Source: a virus
Length of the DNA: 64,000 nt
Strand: one strand, 5' to 3'
Virus record (IMG/VR): IMGVR_UViG_3300018432_000005
Span: 9,139-73,138 of that record
The translations under genes and the position numbers were made by a program. Shown here piece after piece: positions 29,027 to 38,271 of the stretch (the stretch's first letter is position 1; each line of letters begins with the position of its first letter). The notes beneath the pieces are model-generated. The model did no database searches and was not told the origin of the DNA. It saw only the letters and a list, made by a program, of their open reading frames with translations.

Positions 29027-29340
29027 GGGTACGCCTTTCGTCGACGGTACTGTTTGACAAGCTGCACGGGCGCGGGGTCCTTCACATACCGATCGCGCGT
29101 AGCGGCGATGACGTCGCGGATCTCGTCGGCGAGGTACTTGTCTTGCTCGAGCTCGCAGACGCGCTCGATGGGCCCCAGCAACTGATCGCGGTAGCCGGCG
29201 AGCGCGTGCGCGAGTTCTTCGTCGAGGTTGGCAATGGTGGGGCCGAGGGCCATCAGACGGATCCGAATCTTGCGCGCGAGCGTGCGCTCGTGATCGGTTG
29301 GCGGCCGCGCGGCGCGACGCTGCTCGAGCGCGGTCGTCAT
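29023..29340 (-). CDS. Hypothetical protein
   Basis: Coupled ORF. Confidence 0.5.
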   Translation of the reverse strand: MTTALEQRRAARPPTDHERTLARKIRIRLMALGPTIANLDEELAHALAGYRDQLLGPIERVCELEQDKYLADEIRDVIAATRDRYVKDPAPVQLVKQYRRRKAYP

Positions 29341-29645
29341 CGCTTGGCTGCCTTTCGCTTGGCAGGCTTCTTCACGGCTGGCGCAGCGCCAGCCAGAGGC
29401 GGCGCACCACGCTGGCGGCCCGATAGAATGACGAGGTCGACGACGCGCGGCGTGGTCATCAGGTCCGTGATGCCCGAGCCGACCTTCGCTTTCCAGCCGC
29501 GTTTCTTGAGCTCGTGCGCGAGCAAGACGGCCTCGTCTTCACTCGCGCAGTGCAAGTTTCCCTTGCCGTTCTTGCTGATGATGGTCGGCTCGAACAGGTC
29601 GGCGAGCGTCTTCGCGGTGCGCTTGGGCGTCTTCGTCTTCGTCAT
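29337..29645 (-). CDS. Basic hypothetical protein with a histone-like tail
   Basis: Ends in KKPAKRKAAKR. Confidence 0.5.
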   Translation of the reverse strand: MTKTKTPKRTAKTLADLFEPTIISKNGKGNLHCASEDEAVLLAHELKKRGWKAKVGSGITDLMTTPRVVDLVILSGRQRGAPPLAGAAPAVKKPAKRKAAKR

Positions 29646-30139
29646 CGTCCCGACCCCAGCATCAGCGGCGGCATGTCGCCTGATTCGTAGCTCGCAGCGA
29701 TACGCGGCAGCATGGCTTCGCCGACCGTCTCGCCGTTGGGCAAGAGGATGTCGGCGAGGAACTCGCGACCGACGTCGCTCTCGCCGCTCGAGATCATCTC
29801 GAGTTTGCCTTTGACGATCAGCAAGAGGGCCCGCCAGCGGCGCCGCCATTCCTGGGCGACCATGCTCTCGACCTCGGCCGGCGTGCGCTTGCGGGGCGGG
29901 CTGTACTTGTTCTGCGGGGGGATCGTCTCGAACGGCTTGGGGTCGGGCGCCTTGACGACCTGACGCACCATGCGGCCGGCGAGCTTGAAGATCACCGTCG
30001 TCCGGTCGACGTCGACGTGCAGCAGAAACTGCTCTGCGCCGTGTTGCTTGAGCAGCTTCTCTAACTCCGCGCGCGACTTGTCCGCGTCGACGTCGGTCCC
30101 CTCGGCAAACCGACGCACCTTTGCTTTTGCCGTTGCCAT
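29642..30139 (-). CDS. Conserved phage hypothetical protein
   Basis: FAEGTDV..DKSRAELEKLL...RRWRALLLIVKGKLE...EFLADILLPNGETVGE. Confidence 0.65.
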   Translation of the reverse strand: MATAKAKVRRFAEGTDVDADKSRAELEKLLKQHGAEQFLLHVDVDRTTVIFKLAGRMVRQVVKAPDPKPFETIPPQNKYSPPRKRTPAEVESMVAQEWRRRWRALLLIVKGKLEMISSGESDVGREFLADILLPNGETVGEAMLPRIAASYESGDMPPLMLGSGR

Positions 30140-30438
30140 CACAACACCTCGACAGGTTCTCGGCCCGTGCCGGCGCAGCGATGGCACCGCACGATCTTCG
30201 ACTTCGGGTCGCTCGTCGCATGCCACTTGCCTAGGCCGTTGCATTCATCGCAGAGCGTCGCCTCGTACTTCGCGCGCCACTGCGCCGCCAGCGCGACCGC
30301 CTGGTCGAACACTTCGAGCATGTAGCGTCGATCGCGCGCCGCCTGACTCGCGTTGCTCTCACGCGGGCCGGGCTTGTAGGCAGCATCGCGCGCGCGGATG
30401 GCGGCGACGTCGAGCGACTGCGGTTCCCTCTTACCCAT
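30139..30438 (-). CDS. Small protein with a DnaJ-type zinc finger
   Basis: CDECNGLG...CHRCAGTG. Confidence 0.55.
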   Translation of the reverse strand: MGKREPQSLDVAAIRARDAAYKPGPRESNASQAARDRRYMLEVFDQAVALAAQWRAKYEATLCDECNGLGKWHATSDPKSKIVRCHRCAGTGREPVEVL

Positions 30439-30733
30439 GGCTGTGCGTCCGTTCCAGGTCGCGCACCGCGCGTACCGTCCTGCGCGAGGCTCGGAGCTCG
30501 GCAGCCGTCTCGGTAATCGTCTTGCCACGCTGCAGCGCCTGCCTGATGGCCTCGCGTCGCTGCGCGTCGAGCTTGGGCGGCCCGCGCCGGCCGACACCGG
30601 CCGCGCGCGCCCAGTAGGACACCGTGCCCTGCGAGACGCCGTGGGCCGCGCCGGCTCGCAGGGTCGTCTCGCCGGCCTGGACGAGCTCGAGCACGGCCGC
30701 CTTGACGTGTGGGGGGTGCGCGGCGGGATTCAT
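30431..30733 (-). CDS. Tandem HTH DNA-binding protein
   Basis: AGAAHGVSQGTVSYW and TAAELRASRRTVRAV. Confidence 0.65.
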   Translation of the reverse strand: MNPAAHPPHVKAAVLELVQAGETTLRAGAAHGVSQGTVSYWARAAGVGRRGPPKLDAQRREAIRQALQRGKTITETAAELRASRRTVRAVRDLERTHSHG

Positions 30734-31011
30734 GGCCGGGGGCCCTTGGCGAGCTCGTTGCGCGCGGTCGAGTCCCAGGGAACCGTCAGGCAGCCACGCG
30801 CCACGCTCGCAACGGCCGGGGTCAGGCCCTTGCGCTTGATCATCTTGATCACGAGCGCGGCCATCGCACCTGCGGCGGCAGACATCGCGACGACCTCGGC
30901 GCTGACGGGGTTCAGGCTATCCGTGTGCGCCTTGATCACGCGCAACAGTTCGTCGATCAGAGCACTCTCGCGCTCGTTGAACTCGTCGGGGCCCATACCC
31001 ATCATGTTCAC
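30730..31011 (-). CDS. Hypothetical protein
   Basis: Coupled ORF. Confidence 0.45.
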   Translation of the reverse strand: MNMMGMGPDEFNERESALIDELLRVIKAHTDSLNPVSAEVVAMSAAAGAMAALVIKMIKRKGLTPAVASVARGCLTVPWDSTARNELAKGPRP

Positions 31012-31027
31012 GACTCGAGAGTCCCTT

Positions 31028-31423
31028 TCACTTGTCGGCAAGGCAATCTCCGTCCGTGTTGTAGGGGTCGAAGGCGAGGCTACAGACGCGCGCGTGCGGG
31101 CACGCGTCGCACGTGAACTCGACGGGCCTGCTCTCGGGAAACGCACGCATGACCCACTCGCGCGCCGCGCGGCGTTCGTCGACGAGCCGCCAGAGCGTGA
31201 CGGGCTCGCGCCGCTCGTCGACGGCGAGCTCGTCGGGCGGGGGCTCTGGCGTGGCCGCGCCGTGCGTGAGGTCGAGCAGCGTCTCGAGCTCCGCAACTGC
31301 GGTCAGGTAGATCACGGCCGACCCCAGCGCGCCGCGCCTCTTTGCGTCCTGCGCGCGCTCCCTCCAAGCGTCGACCAGACCGTCGAGCTTGCCCCGTAGC
31401 CGCGTCTCAATCTGCGCCGTCAT
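31028..31423 (-). CDS. Hypothetical protein with a C-terminal Cys cluster
   Basis: CDACPHARVCSLAFDPYNTDGDC. Confidence 0.55.
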   Translation of the reverse strand: MTAQIETRLRGKLDGLVDAWRERAQDAKRRGALGSAVIYLTAVAELETLLDLTHGAATPEPPPDELAVDERREPVTLWRLVDERRAAREWVMRAFPESRPVEFTCDACPHARVCSLAFDPYNTDGDCLADK

Positions 31424-31980
31424 GGCGGCGCCTCCATGCCGTGCACGTCGGGATCCGGGTGCAGGTCGGAGAAGCTTTTCCAGCCGAGTTCGGTGAACTG
31501 CTTGCTGTACACCTCGCCGCGCGGCAGCACCGGCGTGCGCCAGTCAGGCGTCAGGAACAGGCGATAGTGGTAGACGTCGCGCGTCTTGCCCTTGTCGGTG
31601 TAGGGCGGCTCGACCCACAGGTATCGCAGGCGGTCAGCGCCGAAGAAGCCCAGGCACCACAGACGCGCTCGAGCGTGGTCGTGCTGCACCGCCTCGCCGG
31701 GCACGAAGAACGCGAGCGACAGGTGCTCGCAGCGCTCGTAGTCGGGGTTCTTCCACCATCCCGACGAGTGCATGCCCTCGTCGCGCGTGAAGATGACCGT
31801 CGCGGCGAGGTCAGGGCCGTGGCGAAAGACCTGCCTGCAGGCGTTGATCGTGTGCTGGTCGGCCGCGGTGCTGTAGCCGGTGTAAGGCGTGAACGAGGCA
31901 GCCCGCAGGCGGCCGACGGCGACCGCCTGCAACATGGCTTTGGTGGGCTCGGTCGGGGGGACGTTGATCAGCACCGTCAA
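31420..31980 (-). CDS. Conserved phage hypothetical protein
   Basis: IFTRDEGMHSSGWWKNPDYERCEHLSL. Confidence 0.6.
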   Translation of the reverse strand: MTVLINVPPTEPTKAMLQAVAVGRLRAASFTPYTGYSTAADQHTINACRQVFRHGPDLAATVIFTRDEGMHSSGWWKNPDYERCEHLSLAFFVPGEAVQHDHARARLWCLGFFGADRLRYLWVEPPYTDKGKTRDVYHYRLFLTPDWRTPVLPRGEVYSKQFTELGWKSFSDLHPDPDVHGMEAPP

Positions 31981-32159
31981 TGCTCCGATCCGTCGTCATC
32001 GACGTTCGGGCAGCGGTCGAGCGACACGCCGGCATAGTCAGGCGCGAGCGACTTGTGCACATAGACCATGTGCTCGTGCTCGAGCGGGCAGGACAATGAG
32101 ACGGTCACGATCACCTCGTTGCCGTGCTCGTCGAGGTCGTAGATCGACGGCGCGTTCAT
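31977..32159 (-). CDS. Small acidic hypothetical protein
   Basis: Coupled ORF. Confidence 0.4.
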   Translation of the reverse strand: MNAPSIYDLDEHGNEVIVTVSLSCPLEHEHMVYVHKSLAPDYAGVSLDRCPNVDDDGSEH

Positions 32160-32347
32160 CGGGTCGACCTTCGCCCTGCGCGCCGACGAGACAGGCCTCG
32201 CATCGCACGCACGTCGGCGATGACCTCCACCACGACGAAGGGAAGGGCGACGAGCAGGATCGGCGAGCCGGTCCGCGCGAAGCCGTAGACGGCGAGGGCG
32301 CCGACGGCCAGATCGAGCAGCACCATCGGCAGAGCGACGAGCATCAC
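32156..32347 (-). CDS. Small two-TM membrane protein
   Basis: Two hydrophobic segments. Confidence 0.5.
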   Translation of the reverse strand: MMLVALPMVLLDLAVGALAVYGFARTGSPILLVALPFVVVEVIADVRAMRGLSRRRAGRRSTR

Positions 32348-32823
32348 GCGCGGCCCTTCTTCTTCGCGACCGCCTTCTTCTTCGCCGCGGGCTTGCCGGT
32401 CGGCTTCTTCGTGCGGTAGGCGGGGCCGCGGCTGGTCTGCGCGGCCGGGGGCTCGACGCCGATACCGATGGCCGCGAGCGCGCGGTCGACCGTGTCGCTC
32501 ATCGACTCGCGGGTCGCGCGCGCGTGCTCTTCGAGCGCCATGCCCCGCGCGGCAGGGATGTTGATCGTCATCTTGCGCAAGAGACGCGCACCGCGTCGGG
32601 ACCCGTCGCCCAGCACGCGGCCGGCCCTTTGGATGTAGCGCGGATCGTTGTCTGGCAGTCCGAGCGCTTGAGCGGTCAGACTGCTGGACGTCTGAACGAT
32701 CGTACGTCCGTACGTCAGGGCGTCTGACCCTTCGAACTTGCGCTCGAGCTGCTTTGTTGCCGCCTCACGCTGTTCGCTTGAGAGGGCACGAGGGCGCACG
32801 ACAGGGACCTTTTTAGACGGCAC
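32344..32823 (-). CDS. ParA partner / centromere-binding RHH protein (ParG/omega-like)
   Basis: AGGAG RBS with GTG start, overlapping the parA end; KMTINIPAARGMALEEHARATRESMSDTVDRAL RHH motif; Lys-rich tail. Confidence 0.65.
   Translation of the reverse strand: MPSKKVPVVRPRALSSEQREAATKQLERKFEGSDALTYGRTIVQTSSSLTAQALGLPDNDPRYIQRAGRVLGDGSRRGARLLRKMTINIPAARGMALEEHARATRESMSDTVDRALAAIGIGVEPPAAQTSRGPAYRTKKPTGKPAAKKKAVAKKKGRA
32649..32736. repeat. Phased 8-bp repeat array D (11 units) inside the RHH gene
   Basis: tgtctggc agtccgag cgcttgag cggtcaga ctgctgga cgtctgaa cgatcgta cgtccgta cgtcaggg cgtctgac ccttcgaa. Confidence 0.7.
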
Positions 32824-33502
32824 GCTTTGCACTCCTGTTCTTGCGCTGCAGGCGGCCGTCAAGCTCGCTGCACAGTGCTTGGATCTCTTCTGATGCGACG
32901 CTCTTTAGGTCGTACGTGGTCGGCCCGAGCCCCAGCGCGTAGCACTCGCTGTAGTTGACGAGCAGCGTCAGGTCGGTCTTCGCGACCGCGATTTGCGCTT
33001 CCGAGAAGCTCTCGCGCAACTGCCGCGCAATCGTCGTGCCGCGCTGCAGCTTGCACAGCACGATCACCGCGTCGATGTCGGGCCGCAGCTCGAGCGCGTC
33101 GCCGACCTTCGACATCGTCTCGCCCATCGCCTCGACCTCGATGGGCGCAGGTCCACACGGCAGCACGACCAGATGGCTAAACCCCATCGCGACGGCCGCC
33201 GTGCGGTCGATGGTGCCCGGCAGGTCGATGACGACGACGTCATAGTTTCGCGCTGTCGCCTCAAACTCGATCTTGAAGTTCTCTTTCGTCATCGGCACGA
33301 CCATCGGGCCGCCCTCGACCTCGTGCTCTTCGGCGTTGCGGTAGAACTTCGTCGAGGCGCGCTGCTCGACGTCCAGGTCGAGGATCACCACGCGAAGGCC
33401 GCGCCGGCTCCACTCGCACCCGCACGCGATGGCGAGCGTCGATTTCCCGATGCCCCCCTTCACGCCTACGAACGCGATCACGACCTTGCGACGTTTGACC
33501 AT
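32813..33502 (-). CDS. parA: ParA/ParF-family partition ATPase (short type Ib)
   Basis: Deviant Walker A KGGIGKST, ILDLDVEQ, VVIDLPG; no N-terminal HTH. Confidence 0.9.
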   Translation of the reverse strand: MVKRRKVVIAFVGVKGGIGKSTLAIACGCEWSRRGLRVVILDLDVEQRASTKFYRNAEEHEVEGGPMVVPMTKENFKIEFEATARNYDVVVIDLPGTIDRTAAVAMGFSHLVVLPCGPAPIEVEAMGETMSKVGDALELRPDIDAVIVLCKLQRGTTIARQLRESFSEAQIAVAKTDLTLLVNYSECYALGLGPTTYDLKSVASEEIQALCSELDGRLQRKNRSAKRAV

Positions 33503-33547
33503 CTACCCGTCCGAACTTTCAACCGTCCGAACGCTCAGACGGTCGGG
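33492..33547. repeat. Phased 8-bp repeat array E over the parA start and leader
   Basis: cgtttgac catctacc cgtccgaa ctttcaac cgtccgaa cgctcaga cggtcggg. Confidence 0.75.
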
Positions 33548-33551
33548 CCGC

Positions 33552-33580
33552 AGAATGTCGCAGCGTTCCGGCGAGTGCAA
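33552..33580 (-). promoter_or_regulatory. Putative parA promoter
   Basis: Minus strand TTGCAC-N17-CATTCT, immediately upstream of array E. Confidence 0.5.
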
Positions 33581-33790
33581 GACAAAGTGCAGGATTGACG
33601 GCGTGTGGTGTTCGGGCTGACGCTCGCTCTCGACCCTCGCGTGCGCAACCGCGTGCATCCCCGCTGCCGTCTGCGACCGCTTTTGCTCGAGCTTGGCTAC
33701 TCGTTTGGCTGGTTCCTCCTACCTGCCCGACTCGGCCCGCGCGAGGGTCACCCTTGCCCGGTGCGTAGCGCAGGCAGTACGGTGCGCGCC

Positions 33791-34186
33791 ATGCTGACCC
33801 CCGAGCAAGTCGAGCGACTCAAGCGCAAGCGTGAGACGACGGCCGCGCCCGTCGCGACCGCTGCCCCCGCGCCTGCAACGCCTGCAACGCCTGCAACGCC
33901 TGCAACGCCTGCAACCCCAGCCGTCGAGCGCGCACCGGGCCGCTATCGCGCGACCCCCTCGCAACTCGACGCGCTGCTGCAGCTCGGCCAGCGCATGACG
34001 GACGCCGGCATGGTCAGCAGCGCCGACCTTGCCGACGCGTGCCTCGCGATGGCGGCGCTCACCCTGACCAATCCACTGGCACCGCCGATCAGCCGCGCGC
34101 GCTTCATCGAGCTCGCCGCGGCCGCTTTCGACAACGCCGACACCATCCCACTCGACCAGCGCGCCAAGCCAGAGCCGACACCATGA
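33791..34186 (+). CDS. Hypothetical protein with a (PAT)5 linker
   Basis: TTGCCC-N18-TACGGT-N7-ATG (leaderless-like). Confidence 0.55.
   Translation: MLTPEQVERLKRKRETTAAPVATAAPAPATPATPATPATPATPAVERAPGRYRATPSQLDALLQLGQRMTDAGMVSSADLADACLAMAALTLTNPLAPPISRARFIELAAAAFDNADTIPLDQRAKPEPTP
33871..33915 (+). repeat. Perfect 9-bp tandem repeat (GCCTGCAAC)x5
   Basis: Seen directly; encodes PAT repeats. Confidence 0.9.
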
Positions 34187-34692
34187 GAAGCGACGAAGAG
34201 ATCAGCGATGAAGTTTGCTGGGCGTTCCGCCTGGACATGCAGACGTGGGTGCGCACGGGCGTCGACCTGCGCGCCAAGTGGCCCCAGCTCGTCGGCGAGG
34301 CCCTCAACGGCGTTACCCGGACCGGTTCACTCCTGATGCCCATCTGGCGCGAGGTGTTGGCGGTCAACGCGCTACTCGTGTTCGTGCGCGCGCTTGGTCC
34401 ACAGCCCAATCGCAAGTTCTGGTGCTGGCTTGAGACGACGGACGATGCGGACGGCGCCAAGCTCTGGGCTCGTAACGCCGCGAGCGCCGCGTGCGGGTTT
34501 GCGGCAGATCGATGGATGGAGACGCACGACGAAGGGCTATTCGTCGTCTGCACGCGCGATGTGGAAAAGCGAACGCGGCGCTTCGAAGTCGAGGTGTCGA
34601 CATGCGCCGCGATCCTCAAAGGCGGGCGCGAGGGCCTGCATCTGACGACCGCTGCCAAGCCGCTCGACGGCCGCTCGATACTCGAAGATTGA
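34183..34692 (+). CDS. Hypothetical protein
   Basis: ATGA-coupled ORF. Confidence 0.5.
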   Translation: MRSDEEISDEVCWAFRLDMQTWVRTGVDLRAKWPQLVGEALNGVTRTGSLLMPIWREVLAVNALLVFVRALGPQPNRKFWCWLETTDDADGAKLWARNAASAACGFAADRWMETHDEGLFVVCTRDVEKRTRRFEVEVSTCAAILKGGREGLHLTTAAKPLDGRSILED

Positions 34693-34698
34693 ACAAAT

Positions 34699-34722
34699 AC
34701 CGATCCCGATTGGGATCGGTTT
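34699..34722 (+). terminator. Terminator-like hairpin
   Basis: ACCGATCCC-GATT-GGGATCGGT-TT just after the stop at 34692. Confidence 0.45.
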
Positions 34723-34768
34723 GCAATCGAGTGCAATGGCCCCGCGATCTTCGACTGACTAGACACAC

Positions 34769-35368
34769 ATGCCTATGGCTAGAGCAAAGTCCAAGGGCGC
34801 TTACAAACGACCAGATCCAGACATCCGACCTTCGCGCGGCGGCGTACTCGTCGACGGCATCGACGAGTATTCGCGCGCCGTGATGGGCGAGGCCCCCCAC
34901 GACTTCCCCGATCTCGTGCAGTTCGCGGTCGACGTGCTGCCCGTCGCGGCCGAAGTCTGCGGCATCGACGAGCGCGCAGAACGCCCGCCCGACGAGCTCG
35001 CGCGCGACCGACGCCGCCTCAGCGACATGCTTCTGCTCGCGGCGTGGTCGCTGCGTGCCCAGGGCGGCGACGGCGAGCACCCGATCGCGTTCGTCCAGCG
35101 CGCCAAGCAGGTGATCGCATGGTGCCAACCGAAGAAAGACCGGCCGCCGATGCTCCTCGAGCACCTCGAAGCCAAGGGGCGCGAAATCGCGCGCATCATC
35201 GGCGAGCGCCTCACCCGCGCCGAAGAGTTTGTGCTGCTGATCAAGACGGAGGGGGGCGGCATGGACGGCCACATGACGTGGCTGACGAGCGTCGAACGCA
35301 ACACGACGATCAAACTGCTCGACGAGACGCTGACCCTACTGCGCGAGGATCAGAAGGGGCGGTCGTGA
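34769..35368 (+). CDS. Hypothetical protein
   Basis: GC3-biased ORF. Confidence 0.55.
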   Translation: MPMARAKSKGAYKRPDPDIRPSRGGVLVDGIDEYSRAVMGEAPHDFPDLVQFAVDVLPVAAEVCGIDERAERPPDELARDRRRLSDMLLLAAWSLRAQGGDGEHPIAFVQRAKQVIAWCQPKKDRPPMLLEHLEAKGREIARIIGERLTRAEEFVLLIKTEGGGMDGHMTWLTSVERNTTIKLLDETLTLLREDQKGRS

Positions 35369-35652
35369 GCGCGGCCGCGCGCAAGTCGGAGCCGGCGCCG
35401 AAGAAGAAGGCCTGCAAGGGCCGCACGAAGCAGGGTTACCCGTGCCGGGGCACGCTGACAGGGGACAACGAGTATTGCCGCGCGCACGGCGGCGCGTGGA
35501 CCCCTGTCCCTGTCACCGCTCGCTGTGCCGGCACCAACAACACTGGCGCGCGCTGCCACACCCGCGTGCAGGTCGAGGGCGACTACTGCGGCGAACACGG
35601 GTGGCAGCGTCGAACGCGACCGCGCCGAGTCGTGCAACAGTGGAGCCGATGA
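35365..35652 (+). CDS. Tandem zinc-finger protein (CxGxTxxGxxC...YCxxHG x2)
   Basis: CKGRTKQGYPC...YCRAHG and CAGTNNTGARC...YCGEHG. Confidence 0.6.
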   Translation: MSAAARKSEPAPKKKACKGRTKQGYPCRGTLTGDNEYCRAHGGAWTPVPVTARCAGTNNTGARCHTRVQVEGDYCGEHGWQRRTRPRRVVQQWSR

Positions 35653-35963
35653 CAGACCCCGAGATCGTGATCTGCGCAGCCATCCGCTTGCCCGATGGCC
35701 GCATCATCCGCGGCCATCGTCACGGTGACTGCATGCACACCGCCCGTGTCTTGATCGATTACCGGCACTCGATCGGGCTCGAGCCCGCGCCATGGGCGGA
35801 CGTCTGCAACCAACTGGGGCCGGACGGGCAGGGCTTCATCACCTCGACGAACCGCTACGTCGACCGCGCCGAGGGCCTGCGCCTGCAGCACGCGGCCGGC
35901 ATCCCCAGCGCGTGCCCGAGCGGCTACAGACGGGGCAACCTGTTCAGCGAGGATCTCTACTAG
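35649..35963 (+). CDS. Conserved phage hypothetical protein
   Basis: IVICAAIR...RGHRH..C...QGFITSTNRYVDR.E...LFSEDLY. Confidence 0.65.
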   Translation: MTDPEIVICAAIRLPDGRIIRGHRHGDCMHTARVLIDYRHSIGLEPAPWADVCNQLGPDGQGFITSTNRYVDRAEGLRLQHAAGIPSACPSGYRRGNLFSEDLY

Positions 35964-36310
35964 TGCCGCCGCACGTCTACCGTGTGTTCAACGGCTGGAC
36001 GGGCAACGGCGCGATCCATCGCGTCGTGTTGGCCGAGTCGGAAGTCGAGGCGATTCGGAAAGTCAGACGCTTCTGCGATGCGACATGGTTCGCGACGCCC
36101 AAGGCCGAGCGCGTGATGCTTGACGAGCACGGCATCGAAACCGACGACATCGACCTATGACCTTGCTCGTCGTGCTGACGCCTGACCCGCGGGGGCTTCG
36201 GCACTACGTCCGCGGGGGCCTCGAAAGAACGCTCTGCGGCCTGCGTTGCGATTGGTGGCTGCTCGATCCACTCGGCGGCGCTGCGAGTTTTGCAAGCGGT
36301 GCAAGACGAC

Positions 36311-36505
36311 CTACGACCGGCTAGCCCGCTCGCGCTCGTAGATGGCCGCCTCGACTGCGTAGTACAGCGTCGCGCCGTGCTGCCCGAGCTCGGCACGCAC
36401 GGGCAGCGCGAGCCCCAGGTACAGGCCCGCGCTGACGAAGTGACCGGCCCGCGCGCAGTGCACAGCCGATGCGAGGCGTACGACGAAGAGATCGAGCTCG
36501 GTCAT
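36311..36505 (-). CDS. Small hypothetical protein
   Basis: MTELDLFVVRL...; coupled to the upstream ORF. Confidence 0.4.
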   Translation of the reverse strand: MTELDLFVVRLASAVHCARAGHFVSAGLYLGLALPVRAELGQHGATLYYAVEAAIYERERASRS

Positions 36506-36711
36506 CAGTGCCAGCGCGCCGGCTGCGCGCGCCACAGCAGCATCATCGTTTGGCCGCATCGACACCGGATCGCGGCGTCGTGGCGCGGCACCTGGGCGAC
36601 GAACTCGAAGCCGCAGTGCGGGCACTGCATCTCGAGCTGGTCGCACGGCGTGCCCTCGTGCCAGCTGACGCGCTGAGACGGCGCACCGGGCGGCGTCGCT
36701 ACGCGCCTCAC
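36505..36711 (-). CDS. Small zinc-ribbon protein
   Basis: CPHCG...CRCG. Confidence 0.45.
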   Translation of the reverse strand: MRRVATPPGAPSQRVSWHEGTPCDQLEMQCPHCGFEFVAQVPRHDAAIRCRCGQTMMLLWRAQPARWH

Positions 36712-36748
36712 CCGGCCCCACCCGTTGCTCGGTCTCGCCCGAAGCTCA

Positions 36749-37204
36749 TCAGCGATGACCCTTGCCCGCGCTCGAGCGCGCGCGGGTCAGCTGAGAGACC
36801 AGATTCGCGCCCTCGGCTCGCACACTCGAGAGCGTGTCTTTGTCGCCGGCAGCCGCGCGAAATACGCGCTGCAGCCATGCCGCGCGCGCGAGCCCGCATT
36901 CGGCCGCCGCTTCGTCGATCCATTCGGCCTCGTCGGTCGGCACGAAGAACGAGATCGCGACCCCATCGGACCCCTCTCCGAGGCGCCCATCTTCGAGCGC
37001 TGCGCCGCGGGTCGGCTTGGCTTCGCGGCGAATCTCGGTCGCCCTCTCGAGCTTGCCCGCAGCCGTCATGCACCAGATGCGGTAACAGATGCGCGGCAGG
37101 TAGCCCGATGCGTGCGTGGCTGCGCGCACGAGCTCGCGCGACTCCACATCCCGCATGCGGACGCTGATCTGTTTCTGCGGCACCGCCGACTTGTGTCTTC
37201 CCAT
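36749..37204 (-). CDS. Tandem RHH-like repressor; candidate regulator of the cassette array
   Basis: KQISVRM...RELVRAA and AISFFVPTDEAEWIDEAAAECGLARAAWLQRV; leaderless gene behind a copy of the conserved promoter/operator. Confidence 0.6.
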   Translation of the reverse strand: MGRHKSAVPQKQISVRMRDVESRELVRAATHASGYLPRICYRIWCMTAAGKLERATEIRREAKPTRGAALEDGRLGEGSDGVAISFFVPTDEAEWIDEAAAECGLARAAWLQRVFRAAAGDKDTLSSVRAEGANLVSQLTRARSSAGKGHR

Positions 37205-37211
37205 GACTACG

Positions 37212-37249
37212 ATCCTACGCGCTGTCACTGGCAACGCGCAAGCGTTTAT
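37212..37249 (-). promoter_or_regulatory. Cassette promoter/operator P1
   Basis: ATAAACGC-TTGCGC-N18-TAGGAT-N7-ATG. Confidence 0.75.
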
Positions 37250-37568
37250 CGATCGCGCGCCGGGCGCGATTGTCGAGCAACTGCGCACGCAACCTGCGCA
37301 ACGCGCGCCTGCGGTACTTCCAGCCCCGATACCAGCAAGCGTTGCACGCGGGGTCGTCGCCCCCGCCGTCGTCGAACAGGCGCCACAGATGGCAGCACAC
37401 GCAGCGAAAGACGCCGCAGGGCTCGCAGTAGAACTCGCGACCGGGGGGCGGGTCCAGGCGCCGCCCGCACGCCGGGCAGCCGGTCAGATGGGCACGCAGC
37501 ACGACCGGGATGCACCGCCCGAGCGGCAGTAGGCGCACGACGGGCTCGGGTCGTCGACGCGCGGTCAT
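37215..37568 (-). CDS. Cys-rich zinc-binding protein
   Basis: CPAC, CEPC, CVCC and CNAC motifs. Confidence 0.5.
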   Translation of the reverse strand: MTARRRPEPVVRLLPLGRCIPVVLRAHLTGCPACGRRLDPPPGREFYCEPCGVFRCVCCHLWRLFDDGGGDDPACNACWYRGWKYRRRALRRLRAQLLDNRARRAIDKRLRVASDSA

Positions 37569-37840
37569 TCGGGCTCCGCGTCTTGCGCCAGCCACGCGCG
37601 ACCGAGTTCGGTGACCTCGCCGTGCGGCTCGCACGGGCCGGTCGTGATGAGCCCCTTCGCGCATAGCGCGTCGCCCACGCGCACGACGTTGCGCCATGCG
37701 ATCTCGGCGTTAGGGGCCGCGCGCACCGCCCACGCGGTCACGTCACCCCAGTCAAAGCTCTCTCGCGAGCTGCCGCAGATTCGCAGCATGCGCGCCTGCG
37801 CGGGCGTGATCTTCGGGGGGGTCACCCGTACCTCCGTCAT
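37565..37840 (-). CDS. Small wHTH-like protein (cassette gene)
   Basis: ITPAQARML...ALCAKGLI...VTELGRAWL; GGGAG RBS. Confidence 0.55.
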   Translation of the reverse strand: MTEVRVTPPKITPAQARMLRICGSSRESFDWGDVTAWAVRAAPNAEIAWRNVVRVGDALCAKGLITTGPCEPHGEVTELGRAWLAQDAEPE

Positions 37841-37890
37841 GGTGTCGGCTCCCGGCTCGCGTCGCAGCGTCTCTCGCTGCCGACAAAACT

Positions 37891-37928
37891 AGAATACTGC
37901 CAACTACTGGCGCTGTGCAAGCGTTTAT
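37891..37928 (-). promoter_or_regulatory. Cassette promoter/operator P2
   Basis: ATAAACGC-TTGCAC-N18-TATTCT. Confidence 0.8.
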
Positions 37929-38216
37929 TTACTCTGCCGCAGTGAGCTCGACGTGCAGCTCGACCAGCCGGTGCCGCAGGGTGCGCGCTTCGGCAGCGTC
38001 GCGGCGCAGCTTGGCGGCCTGCACGGTCAGCTCGACGTTCTTGGCATGGTCGGCGCTGTCGACGGTTCGTGCGAGCAACAGTCGATCGGCCTGCCGGTCC
38101 GCTTTGATCTCGGCGCGCATCAGCGCGACGATGGCCGCGCGGGCTTCGGCGCGCGAGAACGTCGCCGCAAACTCAAGTGCCAATGCCAGAGCTTCGGAAC
38201 CGCTTGCTGTCCACAT
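37929..38216 (-). CDS. Small helical hypothetical protein (cassette gene)
   Basis: TAA stop abuts P2; leader CAGTACCCGATC-ATG. Confidence 0.6.
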   Translation of the reverse strand: MWTASGSEALALALEFAATFSRAEARAAIVALMRAEIKADRQADRLLLARTVDSADHAKNVELTVQAAKLRRDAAEARTLRHRLVELHVELTAAE

Positions 38217-38271
38217 GATCGGGTACTGCTCTTTCTGCGGGGGCTGCGTCGCGCTGCCCTGCCACTTCTCT

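Noticed and set aside
30431-30733. IS element transposase
   Set aside because: Only HTH domains; no DDE domain, terminal inverted repeats or target duplication
33871-33915. (GCCTGCAAC)5 as a phase-variation switch or iteron
   Set aside because: The unit is a multiple of 3 inside a Pro/Ala linker, so it only changes linker length
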